Shown: positions 1 to 9,615 of the stretch, piece after piece | Numbering within the stretch: the first letter of the stretch is position 1 | Layout of the letters: each line of letters opens with the position of its first letter | Origin: Verrucomicrobiota bacterium | GTDB taxonomy: Bacteria > Verrucomicrobiota > Verrucomicrobiia > Verrucomicrobiales > DEV007 | DNA length: 64,000 nt | Assembly (NCBI GenBank): GCA_020630975.1 | Contig: JAHDID010000006.1 | Span: 91,182 to 155,181 of the forward strand | Direction: 5' to 3' | The notes under the pieces: generated by a model | What the model was told of the DNA's origin: nothing | Databases searched by the model: none | Seen by the model: only the letters and a program-made list of their open reading frames with translations | Program-made: the position numbers and the translations under genes

Positions 1-198
1 TTCATCGATCCTTATGATGATGAGCACCAGTCTGGTGGCGGCCCGCCCCATGGCACGGAGCTGGCAGAGCTAGAGAGCCGCTTCGTAGCGGGTTTAGGTT
101 TCACCGAAGCGCAGGCTTACACACCTGATGTGAGCTACCCTGGACGAGAGGGACGAGAGCGCCTAATCTGGTATCAGCAACAGCCCTCAGAGAGCTAA
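1..198 (+). CDS. 3' end of a probable thiopurine S-methyltransferase-like (SAM-dependent) protein, partial
   Basis: Frame 1 open from base 1 to TAA at 196-198: FIDPYDDEHQSGGGPPHGTELAELESRF...SYPGREGRERLIW. GGPP.G...EL and R.GRE.L resemble TPMT-family C-termini. Not in the ORF track. Confidence 0.5.
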   Translation, partial: FIDPYDDEHQSGGGPPHGTELAELESRFVAGLGFTEAQAYTPDVSYPGREGRERLIWYQQQPSES

Positions 199-201
199 AA
201 G

Positions 202-588
202 TTACCGCAGTGGCGAAAAGACCACACCTCTCCCCGCCTCGACCTGCTCCACTTTCGCGCCGGCCGCGTATTTGACCTGGCAATTCTCAGCTGGGTGATC
301 GAAGCCCTTAAAGCCTCCGCCATCCTCGATGCGGTACACATTGTTGGTGCCAGAGTGAGCCGTCATGCGGCCGCCGCTTTTTACGATGTAGCGGCAGTTG
401 TGCCCACAGGCACCGATGATCTCAGCCCCATCAGGTACGATATAGGTCTGGTCCGCATCGTCTGGGTAAAAGAGAGTCCCCTCCACCATGATCGGTGGAT
501 TCTTCTGCACGGCAGCCTCCTGTGTGGTCACGCACTGGCAGAGGACGACAGGCATCAAGCAGAGGAGTATGACTTTGAGATAAGGCAT
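202..588 (-). CDS. Hypothetical exported protein / lipoprotein
   Basis: 128 aa, hydrophobic N-terminus ending ...VLCQC, host-like codon usage; converges on the upstream gene with a 3-bp gap. Confidence 0.6.
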   Translation of the reverse strand: MPYLKVILLCLMPVVLCQCVTTQEAAVQKNPPIMVEGTLFYPDDADQTYIVPDGAEIIGACGHNCRYIVKSGGRMTAHSGTNNVYRIEDGGGFKGFDHPAENCQVKYAAGAKVEQVEAGRGVVFSPLR

Positions 589-665
589 AAGAGGGTAAGG
601 GTGGCCAACCTTAACAGACTGTCGTCTCAGGCACCACCATTTTTCAAGAACGCACGTCGTTCAGT

Positions 666-882
666 CTACATTGCAACCTCCATCATGGGGCGAACCTGAC
701 TAGAAGGTAGCGGACGGCCTGATGCTTTGAAATGTTCTATCACCTCTTCAACGACTTCAGTGAGCTCTCGAAACACACTCACAGGCATGAATACCAGTAA
801 TTAAATCTGGGCAATGCCCGATGTAAGTCTGATCTTCTCCTGACCATTCCACCCATTTATGATATTTATCACTTGTTTTCAT
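666..882 (-). pseudogene. hicB: HicB-family antitoxin, frameshifted
   Basis: ATG at 882: MKTSDKYHKWVEWSGEDQTYIGHCPDLITGIH, then frame change at about 786, then PVSVFRELTEVVEEVIEHFKASGRPLPSSQVRPMMEVAM-TAG(668-666). Start overlaps the end of the hicA remnant. Confidence 0.7.
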
Positions 883-1065
883 GGCTCAATGTTTCGATGG
901 CTTTTTCAACTTGCCGCTCTTGATAAGGCTTGGCATCCGCCCCATCCTTTCCACTTAAGGTAACCGCCCCGTGATACTTCACATGCACAAATTTAACGGT
1001 CAAAAAGTCCCCACATCACAAACATAGCCCCGCCTTAAACTCCTCTCGCACTTCATAATAGGCAC
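869..1065 (-). pseudogene. hicA: HicA-family toxin remnant
   Basis: 3' half reads KFVHVKYHGAVTLSGKDGADAKPYQERQVEKAIETLSHENK-TGA(871-869), matching the HicA C-terminal pattern. The 5' half is broken (in-frame TGA, GSH motif lost), so the 5' boundary is approximate. Confidence 0.65.
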
Positions 1066-1087
1066 CTCTATTATAATGGATACAAAG

Positions 1088-2119
1088 ATGAAAGCACTCA
1101 CCCTTACAGCCTACAACGAATTCGCCTATGGAGATGTCGACACTCCCGAGATCGCAGACAATGAGGTGCTAATCGCTGTGAAAGCCTGTGGGGTCTGTGG
1201 CTCCGATATCCATGGTATGGATGGCTCGTCCGGACGCCGGATCCCGCCGATCATCATGGGACACGAGGCATCTGGAGAGATCTCGCAGATCGGTGCGGCA
1301 GTCACCGGCTGGCAGGTGGGCGATCGAGTGACTTTCGACTCCACCGTCTACTGTGGGCAGTGCGAATCCTGCAAGAACGGCCAGATCAATCTCTGCCCCG
1401 AGCGCAATGTCCTAGGTGTCTCCTGCGGTGACTATCGCCGCCATGGCGCCTTTGCCGAGTATATCAAGGTGCCGCAGCACATCCTCTGCGCCCTACCCGA
1501 CTCCGTCTCTTACGAGCAGGCCGCATTCGCCGAGCCGATCACTATCGCTCTGCACGGGGTCAGCCGACTGCCGATCCAGCCGGGAGATTCAGCAGTGGTC
1601 GTCGGCGCTGGCCTGATCGGCCTACTCGTCGTGCAGGTGCTCAAGCTCAAAGGCGCTGGCACCGTGATCGCTGTGGATATCGATGAAAAGCGTCTGGAGA
1701 TCGCCAAGGAACTCGGCGCCGATCATGCCCTGCTTTCCAGCGACGAGGTGCCTGCGCAAGTCCGCGAGCTCGTCGGCAATGAAGACGGTGCCGACTGCTC
1801 GGTGGAGGTCGTAGGCTTTGGCCCCACCATAAATATCGCCATCGACTCCGTGAGAAAAGGCGGCAGTATCAGCTGTGTCGGCAACCTAAAGGCCGAAGTC
1901 CCCTTCCCGCTCCAGGCCGTGGTCACCCGCGAGCTATCTGTCTACGGCAGCTGTGCCTCTGCAGGCGAGTACGACGAGGCCATCGCCGCTATCGCAGCAG
2001 GCTCGATCCGCATCGAGCCACTGCTCTCAGCAGTCGGTGCACTAGCCGATGGGAGTGACTGGTTTCACCGCCTGTACAAAAATGACGAAGGCCTGATGAA
2101 GGTGATCCTCCAGCCTTAG
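1088..2119 (+). CDS. Zinc-dependent alcohol/polyol dehydrogenase (galactitol-1-phosphate / sorbitol dehydrogenase-like, MDR family)
   Basis: CGSD, GHE, CGQCESC...C structural zinc cluster, GAGLIG Rossmann motif. Start moved to ATG 1088. Confidence 0.9.
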   Translation: MKALTLTAYNEFAYGDVDTPEIADNEVLIAVKACGVCGSDIHGMDGSSGRRIPPIIMGHEASGEISQIGAAVTGWQVGDRVTFDSTVYCGQCESCKNGQINLCPERNVLGVSCGDYRRHGAFAEYIKVPQHILCALPDSVSYEQAAFAEPITIALHGVSRLPIQPGDSAVVVGAGLIGLLVVQVLKLKGAGTVIAVDIDEKRLEIAKELGADHALLSSDEVPAQVRELVGNEDGADCSVEVVGFGPTINIAIDSVRKGGSISCVGNLKAEVPFPLQAVVTRELSVYGSCASAGEYDEAIAAIAAGSIRIEPLLSAVGALADGSDWFHRLYKNDEGLMKVILQP

Positions 2120-2140
2120 TTCCATGCCCTAGCCAATCTG

Positions 2141-2169
2141 CTTTGCGCTCTTTGCGTCTTTGCGCGAGG
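2141..2169. repeat. Short tandem heptamer repeat (CTTTGCG x3), STRR-like
   Basis: CTTTGCG-CT-CTTTGCG-T-CTTTGCG-CGAG in the intergenic gap. Confidence 0.45.
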
Positions 2170-2265
2170 TACCAGCAATGTCCACAGCCTTCCACCAAAC
2201 TAGCTGGGAGCTTATGTTGAGTTCTGAAGATAGCCCCCTTCGCAGCCACGAAGCGTAGACTCTCC

Positions 2266-3783
2266 GTGCAGAGTTCTACGCCACAGTTAGTCTGGTTTAA
2301 AAAGGATCTACGTATCCACGATCACCGCCCACTGGTGGAGGCGGCTGCCCGTGGGCCTGTCATCGCGCTCTATGTGTATGAAGACGCTCTGATCACGGCT
2401 GCAGACTTCGCAGGTCGGCACTACCGCTTTCTCGATGGGTGCCTCACGTCGCTGGAGGTGGAGCTGCGGCAAATCGGCGGTGAACTCACTTATGGTCGTG
2501 GCCGCTTGCTAGATGTCATGCTCCAACTCTGGCGGGAAACTGGCTTTACCCATATCTGGTCGCATGAGGAAACAGGCAATGGCATCAGCTACCAGCGCGA
2601 TCTGGCTCTGGCCGAGTGGTGTGGACAGCACAATATCGCTTGGCGAGAGCTACCGCAGACTGGAGTCGTGCGGCGACTAGGCAATCGCGACGGCTGGGCA
2701 GGCAGATGGGCTGAGCGCATGGGCAAAGCCGTGCTACCACCGCCAGAGTCGATCACTTGGCAGCCGATCGAGTGGCATGGACACCGGCTAGAGATGGAGA
2801 CTTTTCCCACGCTGGAAAGAGCCGACGGTGCCGATATCCAAAAAGGCGGAAGAGAAGCAGCTCTGGCAACACAAGACTCTTTCCTCCGCCAGCGCGGAGC
2901 TCACTACCGAAAGGAGATGTCGAGCCCACTCACTGCATTCGATAGCTGTAGCCGTCTATCGCCCTACCTCACCTTCGGGTGCCTATCGATACGCGAGGCT
3001 TACCAAACGGCGAAGCAACAGCGCACAGATCTGTATGCCGCCAAAGCGAATGGAGAGAAGATCCCAGCCGGTTGGTTTGGCAGCCTGAAATCCTACCTCG
3101 GCAGACTGCGCTGGCACTGCCACTTCATGCAAAAGCTCGAAGACGAGCCCAACATCGAGTACCAAAACTTCGCCCGCGCCTACGACGGCATGCGCGAGTC
3201 GGAGTGGAATGAGGAGTGGCACCAGGCCTGGTGCGCTGGGCAGACCGGCTACCCCATCATCGATGCCGTGATGCGCTGCCTGCAACAGACGGGATGGATG
3301 AACTTTCGCATGCGTGCGATGACCATGTCTTTCTCCTCCTACCACTTGTGGAACCACTGGCGCGAGCCATCGCTACATCTGGCCCGGGTCTTCACTGACT
3401 ACGAGCCGGGTATCCACTACAGTCAGGCGCAGATGCAGAGCGGTGTGACCGGTATCAATACGATCCGTATCTATTCCCCTATCAAACAAACGCTCGATCA
3501 AGATCCCGAGGGCGAATTCATCAAACGCTGGGTCCCCGAGCTAGAAGGTGTGCCGACCGACATCATCGCCGAGCCGCATCAGATGACGCCCATGGAGCAA
3601 TCGCTATTCGGCTGCGTGATCGGCAAGGACTATCCCGCCCCTATCGTCGACCACGCCACTGCCTACAAATCAGCCCAAAGTCGGATGTTTGCCATGCGAG
3701 GCACTTCTGCTGCAAGGGCCGAAGCCAATCGCGTGCAGAAAAAACACGGTTCGCGCAAGCCTGCGAGCCGTCAGTGGCGCTAG
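2266..3783 (+). CDS. DNA photolyase / cryptochrome family protein
   Basis: LVWFKKDLRIHDH N-terminus; SRLSPYLTFG, GQTGYPIIDAVMR, GWMNFRMR and DPEGEFIKRWVPEL FAD-domain motifs. Confidence 0.92.
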   Translation: MQSSTPQLVWFKKDLRIHDHRPLVEAAARGPVIALYVYEDALITAADFAGRHYRFLDGCLTSLEVELRQIGGELTYGRGRLLDVMLQLWRETGFTHIWSHEETGNGISYQRDLALAEWCGQHNIAWRELPQTGVVRRLGNRDGWAGRWAERMGKAVLPPPESITWQPIEWHGHRLEMETFPTLERADGADIQKGGREAALATQDSFLRQRGAHYRKEMSSPLTAFDSCSRLSPYLTFGCLSIREAYQTAKQQRTDLYAAKANGEKIPAGWFGSLKSYLGRLRWHCHFMQKLEDEPNIEYQNFARAYDGMRESEWNEEWHQAWCAGQTGYPIIDAVMRCLQQTGWMNFRMRAMTMSFSSYHLWNHWREPSLHLARVFTDYEPGIHYSQAQMQSGVTGINTIRIYSPIKQTLDQDPEGEFIKRWVPELEGVPTDIIAEPHQMTPMEQSLFGCVIGKDYPAPIVDHATAYKSAQSRMFAMRGTSAARAEANRVQKKHGSRKPASRQWR

Positions 3784-3790
3784 CCAGATC

Positions 3791-3828
3791 ATTGTACCCT
3801 ATTGAATAAAAATTGTACCCTATTGAAT
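3791..3828 (+). repeat. Dispersed 21-bp-period repeat, locus 1 (2 copies)
   Basis: ATTGTACCCTATTGAAT at 3791-3807 and 3812-3828. Confidence 0.9.
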
Positions 3829-5157
3829 TTCGGCCGATTCGGCTGCTAGCTGGCCTCTACGCATATTTACTAGGGTCAAAACGAGGAAGCCACCTACGAG
3901 GAAAAAACCTGTGAGGATGATGAGCGATGGCACGGAGCCCAGCTGGTCCCTCACCAAGCCGAAGATAGGTAGACCGACCACTCCGGCGACTTTATATACC
4001 GTGCCCCACATGCCAAAAAACTCGGCCGTGCGCTCGGTAGGCGTCATCACTCCCACGGCTGCGCGTGTCGCCGTACCGATACCTCCCAGCCCGATACCGA
4101 TCCCAATCCCGACGACCCAAATCGGCCAACTCGGAAAGCTGGTAACATCTACGGTCTGAGCACGCAGATAGGATGTACCGGCCAATCCCGCAGCGACCAA
4201 TGTCCAAAAAATGAGATAGCCGATGAGCGTCACCTTGTGCCCGACTCGATCCTGCAGCAGCCCTACGCCGAAAGCACTAATCCCGGCAAATACCGTGACC
4301 ACTGCGGTGAAGATAACCAAATCGCCAGTCTGAAAACCAAAGTCCTCTCGAGCAATCTTGACCGCGAAGAAAATAATCACCTGCACACCCATGCCATACA
4401 CTAGGAAGCTCAGAAATAGCCTTGCCAGATCGCGAAATCGACCTAGCTCACCAAAGGTGATCTTTATCCGCCCAAACGCATCGCGTATCGGATGTGCAGC
4501 TGTTTCACTATTGCCTTTAGCAATTTCCGGTAGGAAGCGCCAAGTGGGTATCATGACGATAGCAAACCAAATACCCGCAAAGGCCAGCAAGGGACGCCAC
4601 TCGTGAGGCTGCTCCATGCCCAGCATCTTGGTAGGCACCATCATCAAAACTAACAAAATGAGAGCCCCGACATAGCCCATGGTCCAGCCGATAGACGAGA
4701 CCTTTCCCATAGTCTCTCTCGAAGAGATCTCTGGGAGGAATGATGCCAACAAATTCTCACCGAGATTGAAGGCTAAATTCGCCGGTACATAGATCAGAAA
4801 GGCGCATAGAATCGCAACCGTTGGGCCGTACTCAGCACTAGCTGGGAGGAAGGCCAAGCAAACCGTAAGCGTCGCACAGATCAGCCCAGAAGTGATGAGA
4901 AAGCGCTTCTTGCAACCTCGTGCATCGGCTAACGCCCCAACAAAGGGTCCCATGATCGCTGCCAAGCCAAGACTGATCGACCCCATCCAGCCCCACAAGC
5001 TATTGTCGGCAGAGGAATTAGGCAGGATGACCTCGCTGACGAATACCGCGAAGAACAACGTATTGATCAATAGCGTGAACGATTGATTCGCGAGGTCGAA
5101 ACACCCCCATGCGAACACCGTTCGCCAGTTTTTGATTTTTCCAGATGCTTGTTTCAT
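3820..5157 (-). CDS. MFS transporter (UMF1/ATG22-like)
   Basis: About 12 hydrophobic segments; W...D.ANQSF, G.LAD..G.KK, LP...S.E.MGKVS.IG and AEFFG motifs. Confidence 0.88.
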   Translation of the reverse strand: MKQASGKIKNWRTVFAWGCFDLANQSFTLLINTLFFAVFVSEVILPNSSADNSLWGWMGSISLGLAAIMGPFVGALADARGCKKRFLITSGLICATLTVCLAFLPASAEYGPTVAILCAFLIYVPANLAFNLGENLLASFLPEISSRETMGKVSSIGWTMGYVGALILLVLMMVPTKMLGMEQPHEWRPLLAFAGIWFAIVMIPTWRFLPEIAKGNSETAAHPIRDAFGRIKITFGELGRFRDLARLFLSFLVYGMGVQVIIFFAVKIAREDFGFQTGDLVIFTAVVTVFAGISAFGVGLLQDRVGHKVTLIGYLIFWTLVAAGLAGTSYLRAQTVDVTSFPSWPIWVVGIGIGIGLGGIGTATRAAVGVMTPTERTAEFFGMWGTVYKVAGVVGLPIFGLVRDQLGSVPSLIILTGFFLVGGFLVLTLVNMRRGQLAAESAEIQ

Positions 5158-6510
5158 CTATTTCTTTCTCAGATCGTAGCATAGCAAACGCGGCCCGCTG
5201 CCCCCCTCGATAAAGGGAAACTCGGCCTCGTGCTGCGATACATAAAGTCGCCCCTGGTAGAGGACCGGTAGCGACCAAGTCGACCGCGCGTGAAACAGCT
5301 GAGCACGACTGATCTCGCGATAGCCCTCGCGGTCGAGCTCCATCAGCGCCAGAGTGCCTAGCTCGCCGAGTATCCAGTATTTGCTATCAGCCGCCAATAT
5401 ACTGCCACGGAAATAACTGAGCCGATACGGACGCCCGCCGATATCCGTCGGCCAGATGATGTCTTTTTTCCAAAGCTCGCCACCCGTCTCGATATCGAAA
5501 GCCCCTAGATAGGCATCGGGCTCATTGCGACCGAGAAATCCATATAGCGTATCGCTATCCTGCACCGGGGTCATCCAGTGCAGATTGAAACCCGGGGCAT
5601 GCCAGAGCTGCTCCAGTTTCTTATCCGCTGTCAGGCGCAGCATCGTGCCGCCCTCTGAGTAGCACTCCGATATAAAGACCCGATCATCGCCGACTACGAT
5701 AGGCCCGCTGCTATTGACGCTCTCATACTTATCCGATCGCCATGGAAAGGTATCGTATATCTCGCCAGTCGCAGGGTCGATCGCCATCAGCCCACCAAAG
5801 GAAGGTCGACTCTCGCCACCGGCCAGCACGAGTAATACCGGCTCGCCTCCCAGTTTTTTCACCACAGGAGAGCTATAGCTCGCACGCCACTGGTGAGTGG
5901 TGCGCCAGACTTCCTCACCAGTCTGGCTATCGAGCGCTAGCACACACAGATCCTCTGCGGCACCTAGATTGATGATGATTTTGCCATCGAAAACAACTGG
6001 GCACGCCCCGTGACCAAAGAAGGAATCCGCCAACTGATAGTCAGCATCGAGATCGCGCTGCCAGATCTGTGCCCCATCCGCGACCGACAGACACGTCAGC
6101 ACACCTGTGACGCCGATGGTGTAGCACTTGCCCTCGGATAATACCGCGCTAGCCCTGGGACCATTATTGAAGCCGTAGCGGTCGGTGTACTCGACCGGGT
6201 AAGCCACCCGCCAGATCACCTCCCCTGTATCTGGCTGGAATGCCTCGACTACCTCCTCGTCGCCAAAGCGGTCGAACATCACCCCCACCCCATCGGCAAA
6301 AACTGGCGACGTGTAGCCAGAGCCTTTGGGGCGCTGCCAGCTGAGAGGTGGCCCCGTCTCGGGAAAACTATCGATCAACCCTGTCTCTGGGCTGGTGCAG
6401 TCGTCTGCAGGCCCGAGAAATCTCGGCCACCCTGCGGCGGTCTCTTCCCCCATGGCTGGGGTGAAAGCCAAAAACAGTAGGAACCCCAAAGATGTGATAG
6501 CTCGGCTCAT
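5158..6510 (-). CDS. Exported PQQ-binding-like beta-propeller protein
   Basis: Signal peptide then WPRFLGP, G.GY.SP, repeated TG..IW motifs. Start moved to ATG 6510. Confidence 0.82.
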   Translation of the reverse strand: MSRAITSLGFLLFLAFTPAMGEETAAGWPRFLGPADDCTSPETGLIDSFPETGPPLSWQRPKGSGYTSPVFADGVGVMFDRFGDEEVVEAFQPDTGEVIWRVAYPVEYTDRYGFNNGPRASAVLSEGKCYTIGVTGVLTCLSVADGAQIWQRDLDADYQLADSFFGHGACPVVFDGKIIINLGAAEDLCVLALDSQTGEEVWRTTHQWRASYSSPVVKKLGGEPVLLVLAGGESRPSFGGLMAIDPATGEIYDTFPWRSDKYESVNSSGPIVVGDDRVFISECYSEGGTMLRLTADKKLEQLWHAPGFNLHWMTPVQDSDTLYGFLGRNEPDAYLGAFDIETGGELWKKDIIWPTDIGGRPYRLSYFRGSILAADSKYWILGELGTLALMELDREGYREISRAQLFHARSTWSLPVLYQGRLYVSQHEAEFPFIEGGSGPRLLCYDLRKK

Positions 6511-6583
6511 AGACGACTGACAAGACGTTGGACGCACTCGATCGCTTAGCAATCGATTCTACAGGCATCAGCGCGCCGATTTT

Positions 6584-7414
6584 TCACTTCTGGCAGTCGG
6601 AGCAGAAGAAAGTCGAACGATTGCTCTGGACGATGCGCTTCACTGGGCTTTCGCAGCCACGGCAGGGCTCCCCCTCTCGATCGTAGACACGGAGCTCTTG
6701 TTTGAAGTAGCCGGCCTCGCCATCCGCATTCAGAAAGTCGCGCAAGGTGGTGCCCCCCATCTCGATCGCCTCGCCGAGCACCTGACGAATCGCCTCGACC
6801 AGTCTCTCGGTGCTGGCTCGCGTGACTCTACCCGCTGCACGCCGGGGTGAGATGCCTGAGAGATACAGTGCCTCGCAGGCGTAGATATTGCCCACACCCA
6901 CCACGACGTGGGAGTTCATGATCAGCTGCTTGATGGCGACCTTGCGGCCTTTCATGCAGGACCAGAGGTAATCGACATCAAAGTCATCGCTGAGCGGCTC
7001 GGGCCCCAGCTTGTGGAGTAGCTCGTGACTGTCCTCTGGGTGTTCCCCGGCTTTGCAATACAGCCAGCAGCCAAATCGCCTCGGGTCGTGGTAGCGCAGC
7101 TCTTTGCCCGATGCCAGCGAGATACCGATGTGATCGTGCTTGCGCCACTCGTCGCTATCGCCACTGAGGATGCGCAGGCTACCCGACATGCCGAGGTGGG
7201 TCAGGAGTGTGCCACCACCGCTGAGCTCGAGCAGGATGTATTTTCCCCGGCGGCGGCTGGATACGACGGTCTGGCCGACCAGCTTGCTGCCGATCTGGCT
7301 AGGCACCGGCCAGCGCAGCGAGCGCTGCCGCACCACGACATCTGAGATCGTCTCCCCATCCAGCCACGGCTGGATGCCGCGGAGGGTGGTTTCGACTTCG
7401 GGTAATTCTGGCAT
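6584..7414 (-). CDS. mutM: Formamidopyrimidine-DNA glycosylase
   Basis: MPELPEVE, RRGKY, HLGMSG, GVGNIY and C-terminal CxxC...CxxCQ zinc finger. Confidence 0.97.
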   Translation of the reverse strand: MPELPEVETTLRGIQPWLDGETISDVVVRQRSLRWPVPSQIGSKLVGQTVVSSRRRGKYILLELSGGGTLLTHLGMSGSLRILSGDSDEWRKHDHIGISLASGKELRYHDPRRFGCWLYCKAGEHPEDSHELLHKLGPEPLSDDFDVDYLWSCMKGRKVAIKQLIMNSHVVVGVGNIYACEALYLSGISPRRAAGRVTRASTERLVEAIRQVLGEAIEMGGTTLRDFLNADGEAGYFKQELRVYDREGEPCRGCESPVKRIVQSNRSTFFCSDCQK

Positions 7415-7426
7415 ACAGCCTCTACG

Positions 7427-9511
7427 TTAGCGCCTTTTTCCGACTGAGGTATTACGATTTGCCACGCTTTGCCCGCCGCCCGTGCTGGGTGAGAATTTCG
7501 GCACCGTTATCTTTGGCACCTTCAGATTGCCGAGACCAGGTTTCTCTTTCTTAAAGATCGAGCTACCGCTACTACGATCGACCACCTCCGCATCACGATG
7601 ACGCTGTGGCAGCTGCAGACTTGGCAGCTCCGGCTTGGGGATCAGCTCCTTGGTCTTTTGCACCATATTGCCTGGCACGCTGGCGAGACCACCGTCGCCC
7701 GAGAGATTGGGGCCTTTTAAGTTTGAGAAAGGCATCTTGACTCCTGGACCGTCACAGGTCTCAGTGGCTTCTTTGCAAAAGATCTGTGGGACCTTAAACA
7801 TTTTAGCATCTGCCTCATTCTCTTCAGCTTCTAGCTCCTTGGTTTTCTGCAGGCCATCGCTAGTCATCATCCAGCCTCTACTCTCTTCAGCAGGCTGGAT
7901 TCCGTTTTTCTTGGAGTATTCCCACTTCACACCTTTTTTGTTAGCCCGCTTTCTGTGCAGCGAGTTATCCACATCCCTGCCCAGTGAGAATAGCTTCGAG
8001 AGAGGCATATTCCCCGGCTGCTCGGTGACTTCGGGGATGGGTTCTGGCTCGTGAGATGGAACAGCTTTCAGGCCACCACCCACAGTCTCATAAAGAGCTA
8101 CTGTGGCCTTAGCCAAGGTGCTTTGAGAGAATAAAAGGACTTCAGCTGCGGCAAATCTCCGATCCTGCAGACGAACGAGGTTTGAGGCATCCACGAGGCC
8201 TTCTTTGAAACCACTGATGACATCGTCGGCGGATTTATTCCTGATCTCCAACTCCGCCTGCTGAGCTACCATCTGTTTTTTGGTGTAGTGGATCGTAGCC
8301 AGTGCGATCTCTACCTCCATGAGTGCCTGTCTGACAACGGCCTCGTACTCACGAATGGCAGTATCCAACTTTGCTTTTTGCTCATTCACACGCGCACGAT
8401 CTGCTCCACCGTGTCCAATCCTCTGTCGTAATCTTGGCCCTCCACCAATCGAGTGACGTAAAATGTCTTCCACACCATTTCGAAATAGGGACTCATAAGT
8501 GATCGCTCCCTTCAGATTGAAGTCGGGGTAATAATTTCCCATCGCCACACCGATATTAGACACCTGGACGGCTAGTTTTCTCTCAGCCACCTGAATATCA
8601 GGTCGGTTTCGCAACACCTGCATCGGCAGTGGTGCTGAAATACAACTTGGCATCTTGGGGATCACCGAGCTTTTGCCGCATCCCATAATCTCCTCGATCC
8701 TAGCTGGGGGTAAGGCGCAGATGCGACTCAGATTGTAGATCGCCTCTGCTCTACTCTGCTCAAAACGTGGAATATTCGCCTGCTCTTGGATCGTCCGCCC
8801 TCTGGCCTCATCTAGATTGATTCGACTAGCCAAACCTGATCTGACGAGCATCTCTGAAATATCTTCACCCTCCTTCAGTTTGGCTATCTTTTCCTCCGAC
8901 AATCGGATCCGTGCTTCCGCCACTCTCGCATTCACATAGTAGAGTGCCGTACTCGATGTGAAAAAGACGTAGCTATCTCGGTACCCCTCAACAACCGATT
9001 CCATGAATCGATCTGACGACTCGATCATCCTGTGCCTCTTTCCAAAGACGTCAAAACTCCAACCTTGGGAAATTTGTGCAAAATTATAAACTGGCTCACC
9101 CGGATCGAACTTCAAGCCATCGCTGAACCCTCCAAGTCCAATATCGTAATCGCCAAGAAAGTCATGGCCGGGGAAGTACCATCCCCTCAGGACATTTCGT
9201 TGTGCCCATGCCTCCTCGACACGTGACCTGCCTCGTAGAACCTTAGGATTTGCCTTCCGAGCCTGATCAATCAAGCAGCTCAAAGTGTCGTCTGTGAATT
9301 CATTCCACCATCTCTCTACAGCTTCGTCGGAATAATCTCGATTTGGGTTCTTCGGGTCGAAACCAGCTCTAGCGCCTTCCGGAACATGCCAATCATCTTG
9401 GATGTCCGTCATCACAGGTTTTTTATAATTCGGCCCGATCGTGACGCACGAGGTGAGCATGCCGCAGGCTAAAAATACGGCTATTAGTGGGAGTTGAGTG
9501 GGTGGTTTCAT
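7427..9511 (-). CDS. Outer-membrane efflux lipoprotein (TolC/NodT family) with a long low-complexity C-terminal tail
   Basis: Lipobox LTSC followed by VTIGPNY; P.QVLRNRPDIQVAER NodT motif; about 200 extra K/P-rich residues after the TolC core. Confidence 0.85.
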   Translation of the reverse strand: MKPPTQLPLIAVFLACGMLTSCVTIGPNYKKPVMTDIQDDWHVPEGARAGFDPKNPNRDYSDEAVERWWNEFTDDTLSCLIDQARKANPKVLRGRSRVEEAWAQRNVLRGWYFPGHDFLGDYDIGLGGFSDGLKFDPGEPVYNFAQISQGWSFDVFGKRHRMIESSDRFMESVVEGYRDSYVFFTSSTALYYVNARVAEARIRLSEEKIAKLKEGEDISEMLVRSGLASRINLDEARGRTIQEQANIPRFEQSRAEAIYNLSRICALPPARIEEIMGCGKSSVIPKMPSCISAPLPMQVLRNRPDIQVAERKLAVQVSNIGVAMGNYYPDFNLKGAITYESLFRNGVEDILRHSIGGGPRLRQRIGHGGADRARVNEQKAKLDTAIREYEAVVRQALMEVEIALATIHYTKKQMVAQQAELEIRNKSADDVISGFKEGLVDASNLVRLQDRRFAAAEVLLFSQSTLAKATVALYETVGGGLKAVPSHEPEPIPEVTEQPGNMPLSKLFSLGRDVDNSLHRKRANKKGVKWEYSKKNGIQPAEESRGWMMTSDGLQKTKELEAEENEADAKMFKVPQIFCKEATETCDGPGVKMPFSNLKGPNLSGDGGLASVPGNMVQKTKELIPKPELPSLQLPQRHRDAEVVDRSSGSSIFKKEKPGLGNLKVPKITVPKFSPSTGGGQSVANRNTSVGKRR

Positions 9512-9615
9512 AATAAAAAATCCGCACTAGATGGGAAAATTTAATATTTGCAAAAAAACCATATAATAACGTATAATAAAGTTAAAATTTTAATTTTGTT
9601 AAATTTTCTACTAAT

